Positions 26,600 to 39,414 are shown, numbered from the stretch's first letter. The stretch: 64,000 bases of DNA from Epiperipatus broadwayi (GCA_028023455.1 JAQFVV010000007.1:12276001-12340000); one strand, 5' to 3'. Program-made: numbers and translations. The notes: generated from the sequence alone by a model not told the origin.

Positions 26600-27410
26600 T
26601 TTTGCAACAATATCTATGCTATTACAAAAAATGCTTCTTCATAATGATTTTGATCACAGGATTAATAAGATTTTTTTTTTTACATAATAACAAAAAAGAG
26701 TTTGATACTTCAAAAATTAAGTCTGTTCTTCTATATATAAAGGGAGTTATTGATAAAATTGCTAATGTTTTAAAGAAAAAAATAATATCCACACAATTTA
26801 TACTCCATTTAAAAAAATGAATGAAATATTTTCATGACCAAAAGATAAAATTTCTTTGGAGTGTCATGATATATATGAAATTCTATATGGAGTTTGTTTA
26901 CATTCTTACATTGTCTAGACAGATCATAGAATAAACATAAAAAAGGAAGAACACATTGTAGCAGTTAAAGAAAAAATCTAATTTGTCAACCATTTGTTCA
27001 GACATTAAATTAACTAACAATGACATCAATTTTAATAAAACTCATATTCTGGCAAAAAGTGGAAATATGACCAGAGATTGCTAAGGGAAGCTATAGAGAT
27101 TTTTAAAAGGTCAAACAGTATAAATGAAAAGTGTGAATTAAAGACAATTAACAATATTTGGAAAAAGCTATTAAATGATAAAATATATTTGTAAAACTTG
27201 ACAATCAATAGAATTTGAGCATGAGGAGAAAATAACAAAGGAAAAAGTAATGATTTTAAATTGCATACATTTTTATGATTTGAGAAAGAATAAGTTCTGA
27301 GGAAAGAACTTGTTATTGTATTGAAACATCAGCTATTTAGCTATTATATTTTTATTACATGGAAGTTACCAGAAATATTACTATATATTCATCCTTTACT
27401 CATGAGAATA
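26600..27410 (+). mobile_element. Penelope-like element 3' fragment (GIY-YIG C-terminus plus pLTR with a hammerhead remnant)
   Basis: LYIKGVIDKIANVLKKK (ORF 26602). INFNKTHILAK. RLLREAIEIFKRSNSINEKCELKTINNIWKKLL at ~27075-27180. CTGAGGA-AAGAAC-TTGTTATT-GTATT-GAAACATC at 27297-27330. Confidence 0.8.
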
Positions 27411-27431
27411 TTAGAATATATATATATATAT

Positions 27432-27790
27432 CATTAAAAAACCAATCAACCCTTAGACAATCTCAATATCAATAACTATCAACAATTTCAAACTGTTATC
27501 AAGGCAACTTCCTTTTAACATTAAAGGTGGAATTCAAACTTTATTAATGGTCTAATATACTTATGTAGACACTAAATATTACAGATTGACCACAAAGATT
27601 GAAATTATTGCTACAAAAAAGTTTAAATAAACATCTAGAAACAGGTAAATATAATCTATTCTGAATGCAGACTAATAAATAGTCAATTATAATATTACAA
27701 ATTGCAATTATAAATTTTTAATTGCACCCAAAGTATTTCTTAAATAATAAGTGTAATAATGCTTAAGGCTAAATGAGTTTGTAAGTAATC
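27432..27790. mobile_element. Repeat family R3 copy between (TA)n arrays
   Basis: Similar along its length to 24647-24995. Confidence 0.7.
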
Positions 27791-27808
27791 ATAAATATAT
27801 ATATATAT

Positions 27809-28234
27809 TATAACAGCATGATCCTATTCAGGACTCGAGGAAGTCGCATCTACGTATAGACAGACTTTGAGTCTTCTTATAGAATGCCATGGATGATGTG
27901 ATTTAAAATATAATCCAATCCACTCCTCTATTAATAACCTCATTATTCTCAGAATGCAATTGACTCTCTTCAGGCATTTCCACAAATATCCCATAGTAAT
28001 GATAAATTTAGTATAAGCTATATATAATTTTTTTATAAATATTAAATCACTAAGTTGATTCAACATATATATGCGTGAGTATGTATATTTATAATTATAG
28101 GTTTTATAAAGTGACTAAATAAAATAAACAAACGAGACATGATTAATTTTAAAATCAAGTTTAACACATTTTAATCAGTAATAGGAACAAAAATATTATC
28201 ACATAAATAATTAAAAATATTAAAATTAAGAATT
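27809..28234 (-). repeat. 3' LTR, lacking the inner inverted arm
   Basis: Aligns to 32998-33420 apart from one ~20-bp indel. No match to 33421-33548 follows at 28235. Confidence 0.8.
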
Positions 28235-28304
28235 ATAATCTGTGCTTATATATGCTACAATAATGAACTATTTAACATCCAAAAAAACCCATAATGTAAT
28301 TATT

Positions 28305-28384
<80 letters not shown>

Positions 28385-30324
28385 AAAATCATGTGTACAA
28401 TAAATAATACCACCATACATTATAAATCTACATATTGTGTCATTAAAATGATTCAGTGTGTGTTCTATGTTTGTACCAGATAACAACCATTCACACTAGA
28501 ATAACAATAGAATGTGTTCTTATATTAATTATGTTATTGATTAAAAAGAAATTATGATAATTGTCAGGTAAGGTTCAATTTGGAATATAATAAAACTTAC
28601 TTCCAAATTGAAATAATTTAAAAACTTTTACCTTAGTCAACCATCACTTTCATCAGAGCATATATCAAAATAGCAACATCTAGATTTTATTAAATAAATA
28701 AAAATAAAATGTTCATCTTATCAGTTCTCCACTTATTCTGTTAAGATTAATTTAATATACGAAGTAATTTTTCCACATAAATATAATTATCAACAAAGGA
28801 AATAAAGTTTAAGAGTTATTAAAGTACACAATGAAGTAATCCAAGATGAGAAAGAATAATGGTTTTATATCCCTCCTTAGATGAAATAAAATGACAAATG
28901 TTGAAAGATAAAGTTCATTGATCATCCATCAAAGAGACCATCCAACTATTTATTCTTTTAAATATTTGTATAGTAAAATATTTAACTTCTTCTTCATTAA
29001 AATAGTCCATTATTAAAGCAGCTTTTTTAAAGGAGGTTACGACGATTATATTTTTGGCATTAAGTAGGAATAAATTTACATGCTCAGGTTTAAAACATCA
29101 GCAGAAATCCTTGGCATAAATTGTCTAGCCATAAATTGTCTAGCCAGAAAACATCTTTGTAAATTTTTGTCTTCTTAAACATATATTTTGAAAAGTCATT
29201 TCGAAGACCTGATTTCTCTTATAACCTTGTCAATTTAAATGATTATTTTTTAGTTCTTTATAATATTAAAAGTAAGTAAATTAATTACTTGAAGCAGGTT
29301 TTAAAATAGTGAATCTTTTTTTTCTTAAATGTGTTCTAAATTCGAACACATTTAAATTTACTGATGTAGTTATTGCTTCGATAACTAAATAGAAGATTAT
29401 TGTTATAACAATATTAATTCATTTTTATACTTGGATTAATTTCCGAAAGCATATCATATAATCATGCTCATGCTCTCTATTGTTTAAATCTACAATTTGT
29501 AATGAACTCCAAATGTTTATTTTCTTTGTTTCAACTGATAAAATGCAACATTGACTTAAGGCTTAGTCAATGTCAAGTTTTGGTTAATAAAAAATACTAT
29601 TAGTTGTAAACATTTATTTATGTATGCATATAAATAAATTAAAATAATTCATTTTTAGAATTATTCTTTAATATTTAATTAATTTATGTATATAGCTGAT
29701 ATATGAAAAGCTTAAGATAGGTATAGGTTATTTATATCTGTTAATTTGATATAGGCACAGATAAATTCATAAAGAATCAAATTGTTTTAGGTGAGTCTCA
29801 TATGGTACTCTCACATTACCCTTCCTTAAAAAGTTCAAATTTTATATTTACCATTCAAATTTGGACACTTAAGGTGTGTTAATGTATGCATTAAATATAA
29901 AGTTGTGGAGCTTGTTTTTCTTTCTTGCTTTTATCAACCCTTTTTATTTATTCTATTTTCTAACACTTTTCTTTTTCTCTATACTAAACATCATTCAATT
30001 TAAACAGAAGGACAATGAGGTTTATATATATAGTGTTCTTTCTTTTTCTTCCCTTTTTTATATTTCTTAAATGGATTTATTGTAATGTGCCTCTTTTATA
30101 GAGGACACATGTTTGTTTGGTAGTTTCCATCCTGCTTTTCTTTCAGACTCATGGACTTTTTTGAGAACTATCCAAAACATAAGAACATCCATCATTCAGC
30201 ATGGATTAAATCTTAAAACGATTTTAGTTTTCAGGTATCCTAAGAATTAATTTTAATTGCTTAACATACCATCATCAAAGAAAATTAATGTCTTTTTTGA
30301 CTTATATACATCCTTATACATACG

Positions 30325-30362
<38 letters not shown>

Positions 30363-31099
30363 CTTTTAAATGAAAACCTTTTCTCTCCTTACCTATTCCA
30401 AGTGATCTTTTTTTTCAACATTTTACTCTATACATAAGTAAAATGTGGTAAAACCTTATTAATTCGTTTGACCAAAATAGGGTTTTAAAGCTCTAGCATT
30501 GTAAGTGCCTTTAATGTCTCCCTTTATATTTATCCAGAATGCATTGGGACCTGTTTGCTTTATGATAATATAAGGTCCTTCATATTGATGGTAAAACTTT
30601 TGATATTTGCCCTCTTGGGGTTTACTCATATGAGGTGTTTTTATAAAAACTTGCCCCCCAATTTTGAACTTGTGTGAAATTGTCTTCGCATTTTTATTTT
30701 ATTTTTTTGACTGGCCTTTTTTTTACAAGTTGTTTATAAGCTTATACACTATCTTTTTGTATATCCACAAAGTGCATGTGCATTGGCTTAATGCTGATTG
30801 TTATTACAATTTAACAACATCATGCTATATAAAATAAATGTCTTATTTATATATATTTATATCAAAATATATAATAATGGACTTGCATTTTATAAGTAGT
30901 GTCAACATCAGATTGCATTATCATGATGTTTAATTGATCTACCATTATTACTTAGTTAACTAACCATAATGTGTACTCTAATAAATCTGTAAGTATTTTT
31001 TTTTCATACTTTGGTTAACTTGTGCATTTTATTACTATTAATATTAACTTCAATTATTTATATACATATATAGATTTATTCTCTTAAAAGAACAGCCTA

Positions 31100-32639
31100 A
31101 TGGATTCTATCATTACTGAAAGTCCATTGTCACATCCCAAAGTTGTAATCTATGAAGTCCTTCCTTATATGTGTGCTTTACTTTTTAAGCACATCCATTA
31201 ACATGTTCAATGAATGTGAAGGGACCTTCATAAGTATTACACAACCTATGGAATTGGGAATCTTTCTGTCTCTTATCTCATATTATAAATATCTTTATTA
31301 TTGTCTGAAGACTTTTTATAATTTGTTCATCTTCAGGATTATGGTGATGCTTCATACAACATAATTTACACTTAAGACAATTGAATCCATTGCCTTCATT
31401 CATATCTTCTAAATTAAACATTCTATTAAGACAACCTTCTTTTCCATTAAATATTATCATTGATAATGATATTATCATATGGTTGTCATACAATTTATCA
31501 ACACCTTGTTGATGAAATGTTTTACTTTTGTTCTGGAAGTAAATACAAATATGGTGAGATGACTCAAAATACACTTCACTGTTGTATTCATCTTTTAGAT
31601 TTTTAGATTGTGGAGTCACCTCAAGTTTCATGAGTTCATAATTTAACTTGTGATTAATACAAAAAATCTGAAGTCTTAATTTATCTAGACATTCAGTATT
31701 ATCATTTGATTTGCTTCTCTGAATTCCTGAGATTTGGAATTTATTTATATTCCACATTATCCAAATCCCCTTCTCTTTCTAAGATATTTGCATCAGGTTC
31801 AAGCACTTTATTAATGTTGCACTGATCTCCTACTTCATTGCTCTGCCGTATGATAAAATGATAGTCATGACAGTTTTCTTCTGAAATATTCATTTGAACT
31901 AAGAGTGATCTGTTCTGGATGCTATCATTATATTCACAAATCTCATGCTCAGGATAAGTTTTGGATTCTTGGCATTTTATTGCCATTGATATTGTTGATG
32001 CCTTTGTGTCATGAAGTCTTTCTACTTCATTGGCAGTTTGTTTCTTTTCAACAACAACTTTGATTTCTACTTGCATCTTTTTTTTAACATCATCAATATC
32101 TTTCTTTAACTCTTCTTTTATAGAAATTATATCTTTTTTTTAATTTCAATTTCATATTATCCATATCAACTTTAGTTACCATATTATCATTCATTCTAGC
32201 CATTTCTCCCCCACATATCAGCATTTATTTTATTTATATCAGCTTTGGTTACCATATCAACTTTTATATTAGCCATTTCTCCCTTCATATCAGCATTCAT
32301 TTTATTCATATCAGTATTCATTTTAACCATATTTGCTTCCATACTAACTTTTAGATCCATTATCATTTGAACCAATTGAGTTATATGCTTATCACTTTCT
32401 TGACATTGTACTGTTATAGCTTCAGTTTATTTTTGTGTTTGAGGCAATATTTTATCTGTCATGTGAACTTGTGAAGGATGTTCATTTTCTGCTACAGACC
32501 CTTCAGACATTTGGACTTGTAAAGATTCTTGTTCTTTACTAATTGAAGTAATTTCTACTGCACTATCTTTATTGCTTAAAGATTCTTCAAAACTTTTTAC
32601 TTCCTTTATTATTAGCTTTTTCCCACTTCTAGTTATCAT
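31100..32639 (-). pseudogene. Decayed gag-like coiled-coil ORF running into an integrase C-terminal GPY/F segment
   Basis: Track ORFs 32427-32639, 31741-32076 and 31278-31757 are linked by stops and frameshifts. Met-rich repeats NADMKGEMANIKVDMVTK. After 31278 the frame reads FHRLCNTYEGPFTFIEHVNGCA*KVK. Confidence 0.75.
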
Positions 32640-32986
32640 TAACGAAAAATTTCTAATGTTATATATATATATAAACTACTTCCTTTTCAAAGTTATACTT
32701 TAATATATGCCATAAGATTTCATGCTGTGCTTATGCCCTTAAATGTAATTTTATTTTTTCTACTTTTATAAGATGTTATTATAATATATATTTTAATGCC
32801 CAAACTATAATCGTATTTATTTATTTACTTTAAAGCGACTGATTTATCTGTTTACTACGGTTTATTTTATTTCAAGGTCTCTATTATTTATTATTCAGTG
32901 TTTTTACCAATTCACAACATACTCATATAATTTTTTTTAAACTATGGATTTAACTAATTGAAAACTACTGTTTCATGCCTTAAGTA

Positions 32987-32995
32987 TGGGCGCCA
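32987..32995 (-). promoter_or_regulatory. Primer-binding site TGGCGCCCA (tRNA-Lys-like)
   Basis: Directly adjoins the LTR-terminal CA. Complementary to the ...UGGGCGCCA 3' end of eukaryotic tRNA-Lys(CUU) over 9 nt. Confidence 0.75.
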
Positions 32996-33548
32996 TGTAT
33001 AACGGTACAATCCTTTTCAGAATTCGAGGAAGTCGCATCTAACTATATTCGGACTTTGAGTCTTCTTATAGAATGCCATGGATGATGTGATTTAAAATAT
33101 AATCAAATCCACTCCTCTATTAATAACCTCGGTACTCTGGGAATTCGAGCTCAGAGTAGAAATCGCAATTGATTCTATTCAGGCATTTCCACAAATATCC
33201 CATAGTAATGATAAATTTAGTATAAGCTATATATATCTTTTTTATAAATATTAAATCACTAAGTTGATTCAACATATATATGCGTGAGCATGTATATTTA
33301 TAATTATTGGTTTAATAAAATGACTAAATAAAATAAACAAACGAGAACTGTTTAATTTTAAAATCAAGTTTAACACATTTTAATCAGTAATAGGAATAAA
33401 AATATTAAAATTTAGAATTTATTAATAGAGGATTGGATTGGATTATATTTTAAATCATATCATCCATGGCATTCTATAAGAAGACTCAAAGTCTGACTAT
33501 AGGTAAGTGCGACTTCCTCGAGTCCTGAATAGGATCGTCCCGTTATAA
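32996..33548 (-). repeat. 5' LTR (553 bp) with ~128-bp terminal inverted repeats
   Basis: 32996-33124 and 33421-33548 are reverse complements with scattered mismatches. Confidence 0.85.
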
Positions 33549-36500
33549 TATATATATATATATCAAATAATGAAAATAAACAATCATTTTTATCTATATT
33601 ATACATATCCCAAAGAAATACATTTATAATTGGTTTTTTTTCAAATGTGTATATTTATATGAAAGACCATGTATTATTCAAATCTATTTTAGAAAAGCAA
33701 TTGTTTATTTTTTTACTATTTATTGGAAATTATTATTATAAATATTTATATAAATCAAAGGAATTGAATCAGTATGTATACATTACAACTTCAAGAATAT
33801 TATATAAAAATATAATAAATATAAAAGCAAAGTATTTAAATTTTAACATCTCCAGTCTTCAAAATTTATGATAAAAAGCATTTTATTTTTTTTTGCTTTT
33901 ATAAAATCTATAATAAAAAGAGAAGTAGTTTTTATTGAAGTTTTTTAAAAAAATAATCATAGATTATTAATATATAACTTACTTATAATGATGAACAAAC
34001 AATATGCTTATAAAAATGATTAACAACTAAGTTTTATTTCTGTTCTCTTACAAAATATAAATGGATTGTCAGAGGGAATCCATAATTTAAACTGCCTTTT
34101 GTATAAAATTTTACTAACTATTATCTGAATACTATATGCATGTATTGAAGTCTAAAATTGTAAGCTAATATTGCTTCCAGTGGAATAATGTTAATTTAAA
34201 CATCACATTGTGAACAAATGTGCTAGGTGGTGCATTGATGCAACTTTCCCTTAATTTCCCCAAAAAAAAAAAAAAAGGTTAATACTCCTAAAGTTTGTTT
34301 AAAAATTTGTGCACCATAGATTTTTACTTAACATCATAAAAGCAAAAAAAAATGGAGATTATGCAGAATCTGTTTATTTTTTATTTTTTATTTTTTGAAA
34401 AATTATTAGTATTTGTTTTTTAATAAGTCTATGACATTTATTATTTTATTTTATTTGAATGTATTAGTCAATTTAAAATTTACTAACATTAAAATATAAT
34501 TTCATTATGGTGAAAATTAATATTTCAAAGAATGTGTCCATTATTTGAAATAATGCTTTCAAGTGTTATGTATATGTTTTACATATGAAGATTTTTTGGA
34601 ATATAATTTTTTTTGCTATTTTTTTAAAAAATTTAAATGTAGTCCTTTTTTTTTTGATTGCTTATTTATGTTTACTAGCTTTTTTTATTTTTAAAATCAG
34701 TATTTGTAGACAATTTTTGTTGTCTAAATTTTGTTTTTAAGAAAACTTGTAAAGAATGAAATGCAAATAATTTTTATTTTCATTTAAAATATACAATTAA
34801 AAACCATTTTATGTATGATTTATAATTATATTAAATAAAAGATCAAAAATGTGTTACTAAAGGTAATTATCACACAATAAATTTTTAAAGAAATTTTATT
34901 GATGTAGTTAATTGAAAATATTAATTTTTCAAAATTTTGACAATTTCTATTGTTTCACCTGGTGAAAGTTTTTGAAAATGCTCAGCCTTTTACTTCTGTA
35001 TAAAATCTTTGTTTTATACTAAGACTAAAAAATTGAACTTGATTTTTTTAAATTTAATTTTATAAATGAATAATATTCTAAAAAATCATGTTTGTCTTTT
35101 TCAAATTTTTTAAAAACTGATTTTTTAAAGAAGAACAAAGTATGTATTTATCAACAATATTAGTGTACATTTTTTTAGAAAATGAACAAATTCTTTTTAT
35201 TTAACTGTTTAAAATATGAAATGGTAGATTTGTGATAAATTTATCAAAATTTGTTTTAAATTCTGATCATTGCTTTATAATTATGAAAATATTTGGAAAA
35301 AATTAGACACTATTTCAGTTTTGATAGGTGATCACTTTAACAATGGGTTTCACATTGAAGCAGTGTTAAAATGAAAAAAAAAACACCCTTAAATTAAAGT
35401 CAATTGTTATTTGTCAACTGTTTGTATATTATTGACTTCCTTAGACCTTTTTTTCAATTAAGAATACCATAAAAGAAATACAGCTGAATTTATGATATTG
35501 AAGAAATCTTAGGCTGATATGAGTTACAATAATTATAAGACATTTATTTTAAAATGGAACCATCTTACAATGTATGAAACACTCAATGATTCCCAATAAA
35601 TATGAAGGTGAGTGAATTAAACTAGGACAAGTAATGAACAAAAAAAAACAATTCCATTAAGTGGAATAAATGAATGGCTGTAAAATGTGAATATGGAGGC
35701 AGGTATAGAGATGAAAATATATTAGTTTCTTATGAAGCATGTGCAGTCTATCAATAAAATAGTTGAATACTTCATTGTTTAAGAGTTGATGAGAAGTTTG
35801 AGCACCAAAAGTGACATATTCAGGTTTGATCCTTGTAACCTAAGCTCCTGAGCCTGTCATTCTATTATTGCACAAAATCATATAGGGCAATGTGTCAAAT
35901 TAAGTTACACATACTATTGTGTATAGGATGACTAATTTGCATCATTCATAATATATTAATTTAACACACATACAGACCTAAGTATAATGGTTATTTTAGA
36001 CATGCTTACTGCAAAATGTAATGCCATACTGTTTTATATAGTTTAATGCAGAAATCTTTTAACCCTGCAAAATGTAATTTTCACTTTCTTGTCATCCACA
36101 AATGCCCATGAAAATATAAATGATAAACTACTTTAAAAACAATAATGGCTTCTAATTTAAAAAGTAGACAAACTGTTTTTTTTGCAAATACATCATGCAT
36201 TTTTTTTAATTGAAAATGTGTATAATTTATGATGTCAAGTAAAATAAATTTTAATAAGAAAACAACTTTAGAATGTGCCTGAATGTAAGCATTTTGCAAA
36301 AGTAACTTAAATTTAAAACCTATTATAATATGAATAAATATGCTACTAATGAAATAAAAATGTTAAATATTACAAATGCTATTGGAGTGGGATTTTCTAT
36401 AAAAATAACTTTACTAATTCTTCTTTCTCTGCAGTTTACTATTAGTGAAGGTTTATAAAATTGCTGTTATAAATATGGAGGGTTTAAATATTATATATAT

Positions 36501-36794
36501 AAAGATTTAAATTAAAATACATTTTTTAATCCTGTAAGTAATATTCAATTAACTGTGATTACATTTTTTATTGTTATGTTTTATTTAATGGTAGTTGAAT
36601 ACTTGGGGTAATGCAGTTGTTTGATAACATTGGCATTGTTGCTTGCAAAAATAATGAAAAATAATGAAATGTAACATTACTGGGACAATAATTTTTTGCT
36701 TTCTGTTTTTCACCAATTTTTCAAAGTATTTTTAAAAAAATTATGAACAAATATTATTTTATAAAATATATTTTTAAATTATGTTATACACTTT

Positions 36795-36995
36795 AGTGCA
36801 TAGCACTGGCATGCATTTGGGGGGGAGTTCGGTAGTTTTGCCGATCCAAAGGATCGGCCAATACATGCACTAGTCTGAGCAAACCAAGCTTACAGTGCAT
36901 AGTGCTGGAATGTGCATGGGGGGGGGGCTCTGATGGTTTTGCCAATCAAAAGGATCTGCCAATTCATCCTCTAGTCTCAGAAAATCAAGATTATA
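36795..36995 (+). mobile_element. Two tandem ~101-bp units with a Helitron-like 3' end (GC hairpin + CTAG|T)
   Basis: Perfect hairpin GCCGATCC-AAA-GGATCGGC (36840-36858), an 11-nt spacer, then CTAG (36870-36873) followed by T. A degenerate second copy ends with CTAG at 36971-36974. Confidence 0.6.
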
Positions 36996-38051
36996 ATTTC
37001 CAAAACAACAGCAGCTATTCTATTATTCTCATAACTGTTCTCCCATAAAAGTGCCTTTTCACATGACTTATGTGAAATGCTTCAATGACCTACTACACTT
37101 TTGCAATTGTTTTCATCTTCCAATATGTGTAGAAAAATGTGGTGATAAACTTACAATTATTAGCATGTAATAGTACATCAGGTAAAGTGTAAGATTCTTA
37201 ATTCGAATGCACAGGAAAACACTTATGATCAGCTGAATTCCATAAACCCTCACATCTTATGGTAATGATCTATGAAGTGTGTGCCATTTTCATAGTGATG
37301 TGAAGCACAGTGTACAATACCATCTATGCCTGTTAATGGCTAATATGAACAGAACTATTCTATAGGCTGCAAGTTGGGCCACGTAAACAGCATATTTCTG
37401 TGCTTTTGCAGAGAAACAGTGCATCAAGTGGCCACATTACCCCAAGTATACAACTACCTATTTAATTAATAAGAACAATTAAGATACAGTTTGCAAATGA
37501 AAAAAACAATCTTACTGATGAATGCTGAATATGTATTGTATCACTATTTTTCATATCTAATTTTAATAAAAATGTTATGATCAAAATTTAAATGCCACTG
37601 TATTTATTTTTAATAAGTTTTATTGATTTATTGTCCAATAGCTGTGATTTACTTAACATTTCAACAATAACTATACTTAACAATAAGTCCACAAAAGTAG
37701 ATCTTTTTTTTTTTTGAATTTTAACAAACAATGATTGCTTAACAATCATAATTCACAGAAATCAAGTAAATAATTTTATTTTAACTATAAAAACATTTAT
37801 TCATACATGTGTTTTCAATTTATGTAATAATATGTATGACATGCTTTAAATGTATATAGGTGAAGTTAATAAAAATTATCACAAATAATAATGTTTAGCT
37901 TAGCACTTTTTATGTACGTTTACTCCAGATTCATAGTAATTATTATGTGTAACATAATGAATGCAAATTTATGAAAATTATTATCCTCTCTATTTTTTTC
38001 AGTATTGTAAAGCAGACATCCCTTAGATTGATGGAGTTTAGGTCACTCGCA

Positions 38052-38135
38052 ATGAAATACACTTCTTTTATTTTGCTTTTGGTGTCATTTCTTTCTTTGC
38101 AAATAATTTCAGTGATAGAAGGTTCAAATTTATGA
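38052..38135 (+). CDS. Candidate signal-peptide exon of a small secreted protein (MKYTSFILLLVSFLSLQIISVIEG)
   Basis: Polypyrimidine-AG at ~37990-38002, GCAATG start, and n/h/c-region composition. Only a weak phase-1 donor (G|GTTCAA at 38122), and no convincing downstream exon. Confidence 0.3.
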   Translation: MKYTSFILLLVSFLSLQIISVIEGSNL

Positions 38136-39414
38136 CTAAATGTTTTTTGGTGTTTCTAATTTTACCTAATAAATATTTACATAATAATTAGCTATTAAAC
38201 TTAAAGTACGAATGTGTCTTCTGTTTAGCTGGAAATGAAATTAATACTATTTGTTGATATGAAAGCCAATGATTAAACTAAATATTTAGTATTTAATCCT
38301 TTCACTATTTATTTTTTCAATGCTAACACTTGTGTAAAGTAACCAACAAAATATTATTTGAAGACTTTCTTAAGCGAATTCTCTTTTTTTTTTTTTACTT
38401 CTGTTACGCAATCTAATAAAACTTGTGTAATCAAAAGATCTTAAGTTGTATTTCTTAATAAATCCCTATTGTATTGCTTAATAAATCCTTATTCAGTTTT
38501 GTCCCATATTCTTTTCCAGATGAGTTCCTAGTTTATGGTCTTTATACAATCCAAAACATTTAGCTAGTAAAAGTCATAAGCTAAAAACTATTCTGTGGAT
38601 ATTAATAGGACAGTACCGGTTTGAGATTTATTAAATACTATTTTCTGACATCTATTGATCTCAGTTATGCAATATCTAAATGAATATAGCTTCATTGTTA
38701 GCAAAGTAGAAGTTATATTAGTATCTCATATCATTTGTATGTTTATAGTGATGCTAATGTTTTTATTTTCCATTTTCTCTATATATTTTAGAATTAATTT
38801 GACGTATTGCGTTTTTATTATATAATACTGTATAAATATTATTTAGTAAAATTTAAATTTTTGCAGTATAGTGACATATCTTTTTGAATTTTTATTTATG
38901 TTTATTTTGATTCAGTGAACTGGTATTTATTTTATACATCGATTATTCTTTTTTCAACTAAATAAATGACATCTTTCTTTAAAAAGAAAACTTTCATTTC
39001 ATGTTAAATTTTGCTGGACATTTTTTAACCTAACCTCTTAATTTCTTTTTAAATCCATTTATTGACAAAGCAAATGTATAATCTTTTAAAAATAAAATAA
39101 GAAATGGCATTTCTTTTTAATCCAAACATTAAAGTAAAACTTTTTTTTTTCATTTTAAATTTCAAAAGCAAAACTTGCTTTGCAATCACTTTAAATTAGT
39201 TATTAAAGATTAGAGAAAATCTGTTGAAAATTAAACGGAATCATCAGCTTCAAAGAGATGTTGTTTTTAAGACTAATTGGAAATAATATATCTATGTGAG
39301 TGAAGTAAAGAAGATCCTCATAGGATAATGGTTAGCATTCTTATTTGGCTGAAACTTGATAAATTTATCATGCTACAAACAAATTTCAATTTTTTTCTTT
39401 AGATAATCAACATT

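Larger units (their letters stand above)
27809..33548 (-). mobile_element. Ty3/Gypsy-derived non-autonomous LTR retroelement (~5.7 kb) inserted in (TA)n
   Basis: Direct repeats at 27809-28234 and 32996-33420. On the minus strand the LTR end ...CCGTTATACA is followed immediately by PBS TGGCGCCCA (32995-32987). A gag-like MITRSG pseudo-ORF follows, ending in a GPY/F motif. Both outer ends abut (TA)n. Confidence 0.85.

Noticed and set aside
26560-26625. Minus-strand mini-exon HRYCCKNGCCQKVS* after a pyrimidine-rich AG
   Set aside because: Only 14 codons, with no partner exon, and it overlaps the edge of a PLE on the other strand.
37150-37460. THAP-like or Tc1-like words (SVCHFH, WPNLQPIE)
   Set aside because: They fall in inconsistent frames and strands, and the motifs are incomplete.
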